Positions 63,120 to 64,000 of a DNA stretch of 64,000 bases are shown in pieces. Below the pieces are notes generated by a model. The model worked only from the letters and a program-made list of their open reading frames with translations, had not been told where the DNA came from and searched no databases. Both the position numbers and the translations under genes were made by a program. The DNA lies in NCBI GenBank assembly GCA_045863395.1, contig BTVJ01000011.1, forward strand, positions 32,001-96,000. Reading direction: 5' to 3'. The DNA comes from Myxococcales bacterium (GTDB taxonomy: Bacteria > Myxococcota_A > UBA9042 > JABWCM01 > BTVJ01). Within the stretch, counting starts at the first letter, position 1. The number at the start of each line of letters is the position of its first letter.

Positions 63120-64000
63120 GTGTACTCGGACGAGCGGCTCTACAAGGCGTTCCTGGCGGAGATGCAGGCCCTGGAGGGGTTCCGGATGGCCTACGCCTCG
63201 GAGCACCCGGCCGCTCCGCTGGGGCGCGAGGACCCGGACGTGCGCCGGATGGTCGAGGCGCTGGCCTTCTTCGCGGCGCGCTCCCGGCTGGCGGGGCAGG
63301 GCAGCATCGCCGCCGTGCGCCGCCGCCTGCTCCGCCAGGTCCTGCCGTACCTGCTCGCGCCGCTGCCGGCCATGGGGCTCGTCCAGGCCACGCCGACGGG
63401 GCGGTTCTCGGAGACCGCGGTGCTGCCGCGCGGGACGGAGATGGAGCTGCGGGGCTCTGGAGCGTCTGCGATCTTCCGCACGCTGCGGGAGCTGCGGGTG
63501 CTGCCCCTGACCCTCGGGCGGGTCGACGCCGTGCCCAGGGCGGACGGGGGCACACGGTACCTGCTGCCCTTCCAGGCGCCGTACCCCCGCAACGACGCCA
63601 TCGGGCGGCTGTCCCTGCGGGTCGACTTCCTCGACGACTACCCCGCGTCCCTGTCCATGGTCCACGCGCTGCGGCGCCACCTGCGCGGCGTCAGCGTCTC
63701 CTTCGAGGAGCGCGTCGATGGCGAGACGCGGGGGGCACCCTGCCAGGTGAGCTTCGGGCTCGGCGCGGAGGACCTGGAAGAGGCGTGGCCCCACCCCATC
63801 GAGCGCGAGCGGGGGTGGTTCCAGTTCCCCGCGGCCGACCTGTTCATGGACGTGGAGGTCGCCGAGCCCCCGCGCAACTGGCGCCGCTTCGTGCTGTGCG
63901 TGGACGTGGACGCCGGGTGGCCTCGCGGGCTGAGGCTGTCGCGCAACGTGCTCCAGCTCTTCTCCGTGCCGGTCGTCAACGTGCAGCGCTGCATGTGCCA
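63120..64000 (+). CDS. tssF: T6SS baseplate subunit TssF, truncated by the window end
   Basis: GTG start; LYKAFLAEM..L..F...Y, EDPDVRRMVEALAFF (DPxVERL-like), PYLLAPLPAM, IFRT; not in the ORF track because it has no stop in the window. Confidence 0.85.
   Translation, partial: MYSDERLYKAFLAEMQALEGFRMAYASEHPAAPLGREDPDVRRMVEALAFFAARSRLAGQGSIAAVRRRLLRQVLPYLLAPLPAMGLVQATPTGRFSETAVLPRGTEMELRGSGASAIFRTLRELRVLPLTLGRVDAVPRADGGTRYLLPFQAPYPRNDAIGRLSLRVDFLDDYPASLSMVHALRRHLRGVSVSFEERVDGETRGAPCQVSFGLGAEDLEEAWPHPIERERGWFQFPAADLFMDVEVAEPPRNWRRFVLCVDVDAGWPRGLRLSRNVLQLFSVPVVNVQRCMC

Noticed and set aside
1..64000. tRNA, rRNA, transposase or integrase genes
   Set aside because: No recognisable signatures found on reading either strand; small RNAs could be missed without covariance searches

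Overview
High-GC (~70%) bacterial DNA. The Cys-rich CGNG..E.CDDGN repeats, DAG-rich lipoprotein linkers and gene content point to a myxobacterium-like (Myxococcota) organism. From left to right the window holds: (1) a surface-glycan modification cluster (GT2, B12-dependent radical SAM, GT-C-like membrane protein, PIG-L deacetylase, epimerase), recJ and a second GT-C; (2) a ~3960-aa lipoprotein with 14 lamin-tail domains and two kinds of Cys-rich repeat; (3) housekeeping and envelope genes (SDR, DUF4397 with a near-perfect 597-bp internal duplication, pepP, diguanylate cyclase, TamB-like and Omp85); (4) an accessory patch that starts with a ~318-bp nested palindromic element, followed by a low-GC trypsin-like protease/lipoprotein pair and a HEPN-MNT toxin-antitoxin pair; (5) the start of a type VI secretion locus. 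By sequence motifs and gene order this T6SS looks like the Francisella pathogenicity island (FPI) subtype, T6SSii: iglA-iglB-iglC-iglD(tssK), then tssE, a short spike-only VgrG and tssF, running off the window. Just upstream lie two large orphan candidate effectors: a double-HExxH M91/NleD-like metalloprotease, and a Zn-ribbon/DUF294 nucleotidyltransferase fused to an HSSF..SGHYxP toxin-like domain. This FPI-like T6SS with its candidate effectors is the main highlight. No rRNA, tRNA or CRISPR array was seen. All homology calls are motif recognition by eye; no searches were run.
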